A stretch of DNA of 24,000 bases from Bacteroidota bacterium (GTDB lineage: Bacteria; Bacteroidota; Bacteroidia; Chitinophagales; Saprospiraceae). The stretch covers positions 74,103-98,102 of the forward strand of contig JBCBOS010000031.1 of assembly GCA_039821145.1 (NCBI GenBank). The letters run 5' to 3'. Under the pieces are notes generated by a model, which ran no database searches, was not told the origin of the DNA, and worked only from the letters and a program-made list of their open reading frames with translations. The stretch's first letter is position 1; the number at the start of each line of letters is the position of its first letter. Positions 7,727-16,538 of this stretch are shown here, piece by piece. The position numbers were made by a program, and so were the translations under genes.

Positions 7727-8962
7727 TCATTTCTTTGAAAGTAGTGAAAGCAAGTCTTCGTAAATGATCTGGCTGGCTCCAGCCTGCTCCTGCATCAAGC
7801 CCAAGGCACGCAAGCCCGCTTCCTGCCGCTTTTCCACATCCTGTAGCTCTTGAAAAACTCGGCCCAAAGAAGCCGCATCTGTCACGCAAAACCCTGCCCC
7901 TCGCTCCAACAACAAAGTCGCTTCCCGAAATTTGTGATGTCGCGGACCGAAAATTACCGCCAAGCCATGCGCCGCAGGCTCCAGCAAATTGTGAATGCCC
8001 TGGCCAAAGCCCCCTCCAACATAGGCCATACTCCCATAGCGATACAGTCCCGCAAGCATGCCGATGTTGTCGATGATCAACACAGATGCATCACTCTCCA
8101 CCCCCACCTGAAGCTTGCTGTAACGGATGGATGGCAGACGAACTTGTTGTTCCAATCGCTGCAACTGCCCTTCGCTGATTTCATGGGGTGCAAAGATGAA
8201 TTTCCAATCGGGATGAGTGGAGATCAATGGTTCCAGCAAGTGTTCGTCTGGTGGCCAAGAACTGCCAATCACCAAGGTGGGATGTCTCTTGACAAAGCCT
8301 TCCACAAGGGGGAGCCGAGGAGCCTCTCTGGCAATCTCCAATACTCGATCCACTCTGCTGTCTCCAACGACCTTGGCATGTTCGATGCCGTGCTGGCGCA
8401 AGAGCTTGCGCGAGGCCTCGTCTTGTACAAACAGCAGGCGGTAGGCCGCCAAATCAGGCAAAAATGATCGGCCATACCAGCGGAAAAAAAGTTGGTCGGG
8501 ACGAAAGACCGCCGACAGTAAGACGATGGGAATCCGTCGAGTCTGCAATTCGCGAAGGTGGCAAAACCAAAATTCGTTTTTGACCATCAGGGCGATCGTG
8601 GGCTGAATGCAATTGAGGAAGGCACGGGCGCGGCGGGGCGTATCCAGGGGAAGGTAGCAAACGACATCGACCTGCGAATGACTTTTCCGCAATTCATAGC
8701 CAGAAGGAGAAAAGAAGGAAAGGACGAGTTGCCAGTCGGGATGTTGTTGCCGCCATCTTTCCAAAAGAGGCCTCCCCTGCTCAAACTCTCCTACCGATGC
8801 ACAATGCATCCACAGGCGGGGCTTGGACGACACAATCTGGGGCCTGATGCGATCCAACTGTCCCTTTCGCCCTCGTACCCAGAGGCGAGCCTTGGCGTGG
8901 AAGGGCGATGCCAGCAACAACAAGGCGTGGTACAGCCAGATGCCAATTCGGTAGAGGAGCAT
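7727..8962 (-). CDS. waaA: 3-deoxy-D-manno-octulosonic acid (Kdo) transferase
   Basis: 411 aa. The N-terminal membrane anchor with 'RLWVRGRKG', together with 'WMHCASVGEFEQGRPL' and 'VGGGFGQGIHNLLEPAAHGLAVIFGP', aligns with the E. coli WaaA/KdtA motifs (WVRGRK, HSVSVGE, GGHNPLEAAAH). Confidence 0.9.
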   Translation of the reverse strand: MLLYRIGIWLYHALLLLASPFHAKARLWVRGRKGQLDRIRPQIVSSKPRLWMHCASVGEFEQGRPLLERWRQQHPDWQLVLSFFSPSGYELRKSHSQVDVVCYLPLDTPRRARAFLNCIQPTIALMVKNEFWFCHLRELQTRRIPIVLLSAVFRPDQLFFRWYGRSFLPDLAAYRLLFVQDEASRKLLRQHGIEHAKVVGDSRVDRVLEIAREAPRLPLVEGFVKRHPTLVIGSSWPPDEHLLEPLISTHPDWKFIFAPHEISEGQLQRLEQQVRLPSIRYSKLQVGVESDASVLIIDNIGMLAGLYRYGSMAYVGGGFGQGIHNLLEPAAHGLAVIFGPRHHKFREATLLLERGAGFCVTDAASLGRVFQELQDVEKRQEAGLRALGLMQEQAGASQIIYEDLLSLLSKK

Positions 8963-8965
8963 GTA

Positions 8966-9736
8966 TTAGTAAAAAATCTCTTCGCCACTTTCGCCGATGT
9001 AGAAAGGCAAGCTCCACCCGATCTTGATGGCGTAGAGCAAATCGAGGCGTTTGGCGGTATCCGCTGTTCGAGTATCAAAATTGAAACTGCGCCGATTTTG
9101 GGTGAATCCTTGGGTGAATTCAAAGCCGAGGTAAAAGTTGATCAGTCGGTTGCTGCTGAGCAATTGGTAGCCGACAAACTGCTGGAAGGCCAACCCATTG
9201 GTGAGCCGATCGTAGCCCTTTTTGTAGGTCTCATCGAGAGATGGGACAAAGGACTCCGGGTCGTCCTGGATGCGAATCTTGTGCTGCAACAAGCCCATGC
9301 CCACACCGAGGCGAAGACCGGACCGATTGCTATTGGGATCGAGATTGATCAGCTTGGCGACGTGGGCTCCGGCGTAAAACCCTCGTTGGCGAAGGACGAT
9401 GGCGGCAAAAGAACGGGTATTGCCCACGATGAGCCCATCCGGCGTTCGCAAATTGGCAATGACATCCTCCCGCACAAAGCGACCGAAGTGAAATTGATAA
9501 TCCACGCCAAAAATCCAATTGTTTTTGGTAATCCACTCCGGTGCCAGCCCCACGCTGAGGTTTCTGTCGAAGCGCTTGGCCATATCTGCACCGGGCCATG
9601 ACACCCCGCCAGTAATGGTTGCCAAGAGTACGGGATGGTCATTGTCGTAAACTCTTTGTTCCTGGGCAGTACACCAGCAGGACAGCCCCAGACAAAAAAC
9701 CACCAAAAAAAACAAGCGATCAAGCGATTTCACCAC
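8966..9736 (-). CDS. Putative outer-membrane beta-barrel protein of unknown function
   Basis: GTG start at 9736, with no in-frame ATG nearby. The signal peptide is MVKSLDRLFFLVVFCLGLSCWCTAQ. The sequence has an alternating amphipathic pattern and a C-terminal aromatic end ('...GEEIFY'). Its stop (8966-8968) is 3 nt from the waaA start at 8962. Confidence 0.6.
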   Translation of the reverse strand: MVKSLDRLFFLVVFCLGLSCWCTAQEQRVYDNDHPVLLATITGGVSWPGADMAKRFDRNLSVGLAPEWITKNNWIFGVDYQFHFGRFVREDVIANLRTPDGLIVGNTRSFAAIVLRQRGFYAGAHVAKLINLDPNSNRSGLRLGVGMGLLQHKIRIQDDPESFVPSLDETYKKGYDRLTNGLAFQQFVGYQLLSSNRLINFYLGFEFTQGFTQNRRSFNFDTRTADTAKRLDLLYAIKIGWSLPFYIGESGEEIFY

Positions 9737-10039
9737 AATCTTTTTATTTTGTGCTCAGAAACAATGTCACTTCCTACAAGTCAGAAAGAACCTGTCTGTA
9801 TTTGTAACGATTCAAACGAGCAAATAGCCGCCAACCAACCAAATGTTCATCTAGTAGAAGGTTTCTGTCCAATTGCCCGGCTGGTAAAGGTAGGAAAGAA
9901 TGGCCAGCCAAGCGGGCCGAATCTGATCAAAAATCAGGTTTCCGAAGGACATTCCCCCCAAATTGTATCTGCAGTGGGTGGAACATTGACCGAAAATGAT
10001 CCGTAAAACATACAAATTCACAAATCATCTGACCAAGCA

Positions 10040-10996
10040 ATGAAAAGAATACTCATCACAGGCGCAGCCGGATTCCTGGGTTCCCACCTCTGCGACCGGT
10101 TCATCAAGGAAGGATTTCACGTCATCGGTATGGACAATTTGCTGACGGGCAATCTGGGAAATATTGAGCACTTGTTTCCGCTGAGCGAATTCGAGTTCTA
10201 CTTCCACGACGTCACCAAATTCGTTCACGTCCCAGGTGAGTTGGATTACATCCTGCACTTCGCCTCTCCGGCCAGCCCCATCGACTATCTTCAAATGCCG
10301 ATACAGACCATGAAGGTCGGTGCATTGGGCACCCACAACCTGCTGGGTCTCGCCAAGGAGAAAAAGGCGCGCATCCTGGTGGCCTCTACCTCTGAGGTCT
10401 ATGGCGATCCCCTGATCCACCCACAAGTAGAATCTTACTGGGGCAATGTGAACCCCATCGGTCCTCGTGGTGTATACGATGAGGCCAAGCGGTTTTTGGA
10501 AGCCATCACCATGGCCTACCACACCTACCACGGTTTGGAAACGCGCATCATTCGCATTTTCAACACCTATGGTCCCAGAATGCGGGTCAATGACGGACGG
10601 GTACTGCCTGCCTTCTTTTCCCAAGCCATCCGAGGCGAGGGCCTGACAGTTTTTGGCGATGGATCTCAAACCCGATCTTTCTGTTATGTCGACGATCTGG
10701 TGGAAGGCATCTACCGCTTGCTGATGAGCAACTGCACAGAGCCTGTCAACATCGGAAACCCCGCCGAAATCACCATCAAGGAGTTTGCGGAAGAAATTCT
10801 CGAACTGGTGGGCAATCCAGATGCCAAGATCATTTACAAGCCGCTGCCGCAGGACGATCCGAAAAAACGTCGGCCCAACATCGAAAAGGCCAAAGAAGTA
10901 CTCGGCTGGGAGCCTCGTGTCGATCGTTCAGAGGGCTTGCGCAAGACTTTTGAATACTTCAAAAAAGTGGTTACCCCTGTGGAGGTCAACCAATAA
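10040..10996 (+). CDS. UDP-glucuronate decarboxylase (UDP-xylose synthase), extended SDR family
   Basis: '[21 protein letters not shown]' is the GxxGxxG Rossmann motif. 'STSEVYGDP' and the catalytic 'YDEAKR' (YxxxK) are present. '[10 protein letters not shown]' and the tail '[16 protein letters not shown]' are typical of UXS enzymes. Confidence 0.88.
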   Translation: MKRILITGAAGFLGSHLCDRFIKEGFHVIGMDNLLTGNLGNIEHLFPLSEFEFYFHDVTKFVHVPGELDYILHFASPASPIDYLQMPIQTMKVGALGTHNLLGLAKEKKARILVASTSEVYGDPLIHPQVESYWGNVNPIGPRGVYDEAKRFLEAITMAYHTYHGLETRIIRIFNTYGPRMRVNDGRVLPAFFSQAIRGEGLTVFGDGSQTRSFCYVDDLVEGIYRLLMSNCTEPVNIGNPAEITIKEFAEEILELVGNPDAKIIYKPLPQDDPKKRRPNIEKAKEVLGWEPRVDRSEGLRKTFEYFKKVVTPVEVNQ

Positions 10997-11009
10997 CAAC
11001 ATTCATCTC

Positions 11010-12065
11010 ATGACAAACCATCATTGCATATTGGTCACCGGAGGGGCTGGATTCATCGGCTCGCATGTCGTTCGGCTCCTCGTTCAAAAATACCCTGACT
11101 ACCGAATCGTCAATCTCGACAAGCTCACCTATGCAGGCAATTTGGGCAACCTCTCTGACATTGAGGAAAGTCCCAACTACACCTTCGTAAAGGGCGACAT
11201 CGTCGATGCAGATTTTTTGCAAAAGCTCTTTTCCGACTTTTCTTTTGACGGCATCATCCACTTGGCGGCAGAGTCTCATGTCGATCGGTCGATCAGCGAC
11301 CCGATGAGTTTCATCAACACCAACATCGTCGGGACGGTCAACTTGCTCAATGCGGCCCGCCAAAGTTGGGGGGACTCCTGGGAAGGCAAGCGTTTTTACC
11401 ACGTCTCCACCGACGAGGTCTACGGTACGTTGGGAGAAACTGGTTTGTTTACAGAAGAAACAGCCTACGATCCTCGTTCGCCCTACTCGGCTTCTAAGGC
11501 CAGCTCCGATCACCTGGTTCGTGCCTACCACCATACCTATGGCATGCCGATCGTGTTGTCCAACTGCTCGAACAACTACGGGCCCAACCAGTTTCCGGAA
11601 AAGCTCATTCCCCTTTTCATCAACAACATCAAGAACAACAAATCACTGCCTGTTTATGGCGATGGAAAGTACACCCGCGACTGGTTGTACGTCATCGATC
11701 ACGCCATGGCCATTGATCAGATTTACCACCAAGGCAAAAATGGGGAGACCTACAACATCGGTGGCAACAACGAATGGAAAAACATCGATTTGATCCACCT
11801 GCTGATTCGCCTTGTCGATGCGCAATTGGGACGGCCAGAAGGCAGCTCCAAGGAGTTGATCACTTTTGTGAGAGACAGACCGGGGCACGACCGCCGCTAC
11901 GCCATCGACGCGAGCAAATTGATGAATGAATTGGGATGGTCTCCCAGTGTGACGGCCGAGGAAGGCATGCAACGCACTGTGGAATGGTACCTCGCCAACA
12001 TGGACTGGATGGAAAACATCACCTCCGGAGATTACCAGAAATACTACGAACAACAATACGGCTAG
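11010..12065 (+). CDS. rfbB: dTDP-glucose 4,6-dehydratase
   Basis: The ORF track opens at 10785, overlapping the previous gene. The ATG at 11010 gives 'MTNHHCILVTGGAGFIGSHVV...'. Supporting motifs are 'LDKLTYAGN', 'HLAAESHVDRSI', 'STDEVYG', 'YSASKASSDHLVRAY' and 'RPGHDRRYAID'. Confidence 0.93.
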   Translation: MTNHHCILVTGGAGFIGSHVVRLLVQKYPDYRIVNLDKLTYAGNLGNLSDIEESPNYTFVKGDIVDADFLQKLFSDFSFDGIIHLAAESHVDRSISDPMSFINTNIVGTVNLLNAARQSWGDSWEGKRFYHVSTDEVYGTLGETGLFTEETAYDPRSPYSASKASSDHLVRAYHHTYGMPIVLSNCSNNYGPNQFPEKLIPLFINNIKNNKSLPVYGDGKYTRDWLYVIDHAMAIDQIYHQGKNGETYNIGGNNEWKNIDLIHLLIRLVDAQLGRPEGSSKELITFVRDRPGHDRRYAIDASKLMNELGWSPSVTAEEGMQRTVEWYLANMDWMENITSGDYQKYYEQQYG

Positions 12066-12087
12066 TCAGAACACAAGGAACCCACAC

Positions 12088-12124
12088 AAAAGGGCTTTGA
12101 TCCATGCGGATGAAAGCCCTTTTG
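12088..12124. terminator. Bidirectional rho-independent terminator
   Basis: The hairpin aaagggctttgatcc/ggatgaaagcccttt has a 4-nt loop (atgc) and one internal mismatch. It is flanked by A-run and T-run sequence and lies between the convergent rfbB (+) and lipoprotein gene (-). Confidence 0.65.
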
Positions 12125-12161
12125 CATTTCATCAAGTCAGTTTGTGTCCTGACCAAGTCGA

Positions 12162-12611
12162 TCAATACTCGTACAATTGTCTTTTGTCCCATCCGTCGAT
12201 GCTCAAAGACATAGAAGATTCATTGTCCACTTGGAGAGGGGTCAGATCGAAAAGCAGATCGAGGACGAGTGCCCCCTCACAGGGGTCGTTGTCGTCCAGG
12301 CTCAAGCGCAACTGTCGCGTGATGGGATCGGACTCTCCGATGCCTTCAGAGTCGAACAGCTCAAAAATCACACCGCCGCAACCGCCACTGTAGTTGGCCC
12401 TTATGCTGAGGCAATCCCCATCGATGCTGACGTCTTCGATGGTAAAGGGATCACTAGGGCCATTGTCAAATTGTTCTTTGTCCAGCATGACGAGCCTTCC
12501 TCCTTCGCAAAGGTCAGAATTGCCCATGTCGTCATCGTCTTTGTCGCAAGCAGTCGCCAGGCACAGCAAAAGTGCCAGACATAGAAATGGAATTTGTTTC
12601 AGGGATTTCAT
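12162..12611 (-). CDS. Small acidic lipoprotein of unknown function
   Basis: The signal peptide MKSLKQIPFLCLALLLCLATAC carries a lipobox, followed by 'DKDDDD'. The mature protein is very D/E-rich with 4 additional Cys, including 'YSGGCGG'. It lies 72 bp downstream of the pyrophosphatase gene on the same strand. Confidence 0.7.
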   Translation of the reverse strand: MKSLKQIPFLCLALLLCLATACDKDDDDMGNSDLCEGGRLVMLDKEQFDNGPSDPFTIEDVSIDGDCLSIRANYSGGCGGVIFELFDSEGIGESDPITRQLRLSLDDNDPCEGALVLDLLFDLTPLQVDNESSMSLSIDGWDKRQLYEY

Positions 12612-12683
12612 ATAGGTAAATTTTGTAGGATTCTCTTTACCTATAAAGACAGGATCAAAGGGCGGAAGGTTGGGTGGGGTAAA

Positions 12684-13298
12684 TTACTTTTTTTCCCATT
12701 TGCGAATCTCCCTTTGGGCGTATTGGTCGTTGCGCCAGCCGATGAACTGGGTTTCTCCCATGCCCTTGTAGTTCAAAAACCAATCGCGGACGATGGTCAT
12801 GGCCGGATTGTATTGAATCATAAATGGCTCGAACTGCTGGGCATCGATGACCTGCAGGCTGGAGTCTACGGGTACGGCAATGATCTTGGTATCGGTTTCT
12901 CCATCGTCTTCGAGCAAGAGCGTGGCAATGGGTTTGACTTCGAGTACGGTGCCTGTGGGAACACTTTCTGCAATGACCAGTACATCCAAGGCGTCGCCAT
13001 CACCACCACGGGCAGGGTCCATGTAAGTGGAGGGGATGAAGCCATAATTGCCGGGATAAGGCAAAAAATCTATGATGCGAATCTGCCCTTTCTCAGTGTC
13101 GTTTTCAAAAACAGCTTTGCTTTCGTTGTACTCTATTTTGTGGTTGGTCCCGGCTGGGATTTCGATGACAGCGTGGAATCCTTTCTCTGTGAATGCAGGC
13201 AGTTGTTTGTAGTCGACAGCAGAATCTGAGGGGCCACAAGCTGTCAAAAGGCCAATCAAGCAACAACTGAAGAGAACAAAAAGGCGGTGGGCAGACAT
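12684..13298 (-). CDS. ppa: Family I inorganic pyrophosphatase with an N-terminal lipoprotein signal peptide
   Basis: The ORF track opens at 13472. The ATG at 13298 gives MSAHRLFVLFSCCLIGLLTAC, a signal peptide with a lipobox. The PPase core motifs are 'HAVIEIPAGTNHKIEY', 'YPGNYGFIPST', 'GDGDALDVLVI' and 'DGETDTKIIAVPV'. Confidence 0.85.
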   Translation of the reverse strand: MSAHRLFVLFSCCLIGLLTACGPSDSAVDYKQLPAFTEKGFHAVIEIPAGTNHKIEYNESKAVFENDTEKGQIRIIDFLPYPGNYGFIPSTYMDPARGGDGDALDVLVIAESVPTGTVLEVKPIATLLLEDDGETDTKIIAVPVDSSLQVIDAQQFEPFMIQYNPAMTIVRDWFLNYKGMGETQFIGWRNDQYAQREIRKWEKK

Positions 13299-13333
13299 AA
13301 GCAAGCGGTTTCCAGTGCGGTTGTGGATGCGGA

Positions 13334-13341
13334 CAAAGGTA
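13334..13341 (-). promoter_or_regulatory. Candidate -7 promoter box (TAnnTTTG) for the pyrophosphatase gene
   Basis: The minus strand reads 'TACCTTTG', ending about 36 nt upstream of the ATG at 13298. The nearest upstream TTG is too close to serve as a canonical -33 element. Confidence 0.3.
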
Positions 13342-13554
13342 GTGAAAAAATGGACCAATCCCGGTTCTGCCCCCTTTTTTGGACTTTTGGCATCGACAGA
13401 GGTACGAAAGTGAGGCAATTGTCCATCTGAAAACACAATCATTGAAAAAAAATACTTTTCTTGTGGTCCCATCTATACATCATCGCTTTCAGAACACTGC
13501 CACTGTATGTACACAAGTGGAGCAAATCTTTATTGAATCAATCACAACAGAACC

Positions 13555-13893
13555 ATGACAGAGAACAATTATTTCGACCCAAACGATTTGAAAAAATTTG
13601 GCAACATCACCGAATTCCAAGAAGAATACGGCAAAAAATTCTTCCAGTGGTACGGATCCGTTTTTGAAGAAGGGGCCCTGACCACTCGCGAAAAATCTTT
13701 GATTGCGCTGGCCGTTGCCCATGCCCTGCAGTGCCCCTATTGCATCGATGCCTATTCCAAGGATTGCCTGACCAAGGGAGCGGACGAAGAGCAGATGATG
13801 GAAGCAGTTCACGTAGCGGCTGCCATACGCGGAGGGACGACCCTGGTGTATGGGGTTCAAATGATGGAACATGTGAAAAAAGTGTCCATGTAA
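13555..13893 (+). CDS. AhpD-like / carboxymuconolactone decarboxylase-family CxxC protein, the peroxidase-like partner of ArsS-type radical SAM enzymes
   Basis: 112 aa. 'ALTTREKSLIALAVAHALQCPYCIDAY' is the AhpD-fold CxxC motif. It sits immediately upstream of the ArsS-like gene, which I recall as the standard pairing for this family. Confidence 0.85.
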   Translation: MTENNYFDPNDLKKFGNITEFQEEYGKKFFQWYGSVFEEGALTTREKSLIALAVAHALQCPYCIDAYSKDCLTKGADEEQMMEAVHVAAAIRGGTTLVYGVQMMEHVKKVSM

Positions 13894-14035
13894 CATCGGC
13901 GCATCCCAATCGTCAACTGTGCTTTTGCCATTGTCCAAAGTGCACCCAATGATTCGACGATGGTAACCTTTTGCGTTTGCCAACTGTTGTGCAGTCAAAT
14001 CTTTGTCTAGAAACCAGGTTTTAAAAAAATTACTC

Positions 14036-15106
14036 ATGGGAGTCAAACAACGCACCAAATCACTCAAGGCAAGAGCCAGTGAATTGTCAGATACTTTCGT
14101 CCAGCTCAACGTCTTGAGTGGCAAGGACATGGCCGATGCCCAATTTCCTCTTTTTGCCCAAAATCTGGCTTCGTCGGGTCATCATCAGCTGACACCCGTC
14201 CCGGTAGAGATCTTCCAAATCAACATCGGCAAGCTCTGCAATCTGTCCTGTGCCCACTGCCATGTGGATGCCGGGCCAGATCGCAAGGAGGAAAACATGG
14301 ACAAAGCCACGCTCGATCGCTGTCTGGAAATCATCGCCCAAACGCCCAGCATTCACACCGTGGACATCACAGGTGGCGCACCGGAGATGAATCCGCACTT
14401 CCGCTGGTTTGTCGAAGAATGCACCCGACTGGGCAAGCGGGTCATCGACCGTTGCAATCTGACCATCATCATGGCCAATCCGAAGTTCCACGATCTGCCA
14501 GCATTTTTTGCCCGCCACAATGTACAAGTCGTCTCTTCCCTCCCCTATTTCAGCAAACGACGCACTGACGGACAAAGGGGCGACGGCGTATTCGAGGCAT
14601 CCATAGAGGCATTGAAAAAGTTGAATGCAGTGGGGTATGGTATGCACGACAGCAAGCTGGAACTGCACTTGGTCTACAATCCTTCTGGAGCCTTTTTGCC
14701 TGGCAACCAAGAGACGTTGGAAGCAGAATTCAAACGCCAATTGCTCCGACGCTACGACATCCACTTTCATCACCTCTTTGCAATTACCAACCTGCCCATT
14801 GCAAGATTTTTGGACTACCTCATCCAGAGCAACAACTACACCGCCTACATGCAAGCCCTCATCGATGCCTTCAACCCGGCAACAGTCAATGGTTTGATGT
14901 GCCGCAATACCATTTCGGTCAGCTGGGATGGCTACCTATACGACTGTGATTTCAACCAGATGCTCGATTTGAAGGTCGCCAGCCCCATTCAGCACATCAA
15001 CGATTTCGATGCCACACAACTGCAAAATCGCAACATCGTCATCAACCAACACTGTTATGGTTGTACAGCTGGTGCTGGTTCCAGTTGCGGGGGCGAAATT
15101 GCCTGA
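14036..15106 (+). CDS. arsS: Radical SAM / Cys-rich domain protein of the arsenosugar-biosynthesis ArsS family
   Basis: The ATG at 14036 is preferred over the TTG at 14003. The CX3CX2C cluster is 'GKLCNLSCAHCHVDAGPDR'. The C-terminal Cys-rich domain reads 'CRNTISVSWDGYLYDCDFNQ...QHCYGCTAGAGSSCGGEIA'. That tail matches the family in which some members carry selenocysteine in place of the last Cys. Confidence 0.85.
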   Translation: MGVKQRTKSLKARASELSDTFVQLNVLSGKDMADAQFPLFAQNLASSGHHQLTPVPVEIFQINIGKLCNLSCAHCHVDAGPDRKEENMDKATLDRCLEIIAQTPSIHTVDITGGAPEMNPHFRWFVEECTRLGKRVIDRCNLTIIMANPKFHDLPAFFARHNVQVVSSLPYFSKRRTDGQRGDGVFEASIEALKKLNAVGYGMHDSKLELHLVYNPSGAFLPGNQETLEAEFKRQLLRRYDIHFHHLFAITNLPIARFLDYLIQSNNYTAYMQALIDAFNPATVNGLMCRNTISVSWDGYLYDCDFNQMLDLKVASPIQHINDFDATQLQNRNIVINQHCYGCTAGAGSSCGGEIA

Positions 15107-15372
15107 TTCCACTTCATTGACGTCCAATACCCATTTTATTTTTTTCGCAAACAGCATACTAATTCCATAACAACTTACATTTGCACATGAAGCTGTTTTA
15201 CTCATTCTCAGTCACTTGTGTGATTTACTTGACAGTCTGATCACAAAACGCTCATAACAAACCGCAAAAATTGTCATTTCTCCTTTTGTAGGCGAAAGGG
15301 ACTTTTACAGGAAGTGATACAACAAATGGCAAGACAACGCTTGCCCCTTTCTTTTCCGTAAAGTCTTTTCTT

Positions 15373-16536
15373 ATGAAATTAACTGCGACACATCAGGCTA
15401 ATTTCCCAAAACCCGTTTTCGTTCTTTGCCTGCTGGCCCTCCTTTGCTTTGCCCATGCAAGCCATGGCCAAAACATCATCACCTTTCCCATTGGCAGCAC
15501 CAGCCCCACCCACAGCGATCCAGGCATCTCCTTCGTATCCAATCTGAGTCCAGGGCCAGGCATTACAGTGGTCAACTGCCCACCTTGGCTCTCCGCAACT
15601 GGTTGGAATTATTTGTTTGCCTCTGACGCCCTGCAGAATGGCCAATACTGGGAGTTTTACATCGATGTTGCCCAAGGCTATGAACTCAACATCAGCTCCA
15701 TAGAAGTGGTCAGCAGAGCCAGTGACACCACCTACAGCCGGGTGGCCGGCCAATGGTACCACGAAACAGAAAGTGCTCCTGGTACCTGGTTGGAAAGCAG
15801 TTATTCCAGCAGCATGCAGGGGGTCGGCAGAGATGACATCTGCTTGTTGGGGGCCAGAAGTAGAACCTTTCCCATCAGCATTAATACGGCAGGGCGAATC
15901 CGCTTGCGACTTGTCCACTTTCGAGCCAACCAAAACCAGACGAGATTCGGGGCCATCAACATCAGCGGCAGTTTGTTGCAAGTGCTTCCAGTAGAGTTGA
16001 TTCGGTTTGAAGCCAAAGCCCAAGACGATGACATCCAACTGGAATGGGAAACTGCTTCGGAAATCGAAAATGAGGGTTTTGAAGTCCAGCGGCTGGATGG
16101 CGACCTCAATTGGCAAATCATCGGTTGGGTGGATGGCCAGGGAAGTACCAATGAAGCTACGCGCTACCGTTTCCAAGACGACTTTCCACAAACTGGAGAC
16201 AACCTGTACCGACTCAAGCAAATCGACCACGACGGAAGCCATTCCTTTTCCAAAATTGTGCAAGCATCCCATCAGAAAGAACAGCCGATCATACAGGTCT
16301 TTCCCAACCCCAGTCAGGGCCCAGTGGAGGTACGATTGCGCAATCCCAACAAAGAGAAAATGTCCCTTCAGCTGTACGATGGCTTTGGCCGAATGGCTTG
16401 GCAGTCAGGGATTATGACAGAACTCGACAGTTGGAGGCGGGATTTTGATCTGCGACCAGGTTGCCAATACTTTCTCCTGATACAGATTGGCGCCTCTCAA
16501 TACCACAGACATCTACTGATCCAATCCACCGATTGA
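15373..16536 (+). CDS. Secreted protein with a T9SS type A (Por) C-terminal sorting domain
   Basis: The signal peptide is MKLTATHQANFPKPVFVLCLLALLCFAHASHGQ. A central 'LPVELIRFEAKAQDDDIQLEWETASEIENEGFEVQR...YRLKQIDHDGSHSFSKIV' module is common in Bacteroidota surface proteins. The C-terminal 'VFPNPSQGPVEVRL...LQLYD..GR' is a T9SS CTD. Confidence 0.8.
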   Translation: MKLTATHQANFPKPVFVLCLLALLCFAHASHGQNIITFPIGSTSPTHSDPGISFVSNLSPGPGITVVNCPPWLSATGWNYLFASDALQNGQYWEFYIDVAQGYELNISSIEVVSRASDTTYSRVAGQWYHETESAPGTWLESSYSSSMQGVGRDDICLLGARSRTFPISINTAGRIRLRLVHFRANQNQTRFGAINISGSLLQVLPVELIRFEAKAQDDDIQLEWETASEIENEGFEVQRLDGDLNWQIIGWVDGQGSTNEATRYRFQDDFPQTGDNLYRLKQIDHDGSHSFSKIVQASHQKEQPIIQVFPNPSQGPVEVRLRNPNKEKMSLQLYDGFGRMAWQSGIMTELDSWRRDFDLRPGCQYFLLIQIGASQYHRHLLIQSTD

Positions 16537-16538
16537 CA

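Noticed and set aside
9705-9712. Homopolymer tracts (A8 at 9705-9712 and an A8 near 20871-20878) in the signal-peptide regions of the envelope genes, considered as slipped-strand phase-variation switches
   Set aside because: Eight nucleotides is at the bottom of the range for phase-variable tracts. The runs are explained by Phe-rich (TTT) signal-peptide coding. The window alone gives no evidence of length polymorphism.
10785-11009. N-terminal extensions in the ORF track for rfbB (from 10785), lysA (from 2660), ppa (to 13472), the 20433 lipoprotein (to 21008) and the transporter (to 22794)
   Set aside because: The extensions overlap neighbouring genes or add non-homologous residues ahead of well-defined N-termini: Rossmann GxxGxxG, signal peptides, and the conserved LysA N-terminus. 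Internal ATGs give canonical protein lengths.
15086-15088. Possible selenocysteine recoding at the ArsS C-terminal Cys
   Set aside because: Some family members are selenoproteins at this position, but the codon here is TGC (Cys) in frame, followed by GGG GGC GAA ATT GCC TGA. There is no in-frame UGA readthrough and no need for a SECIS element.
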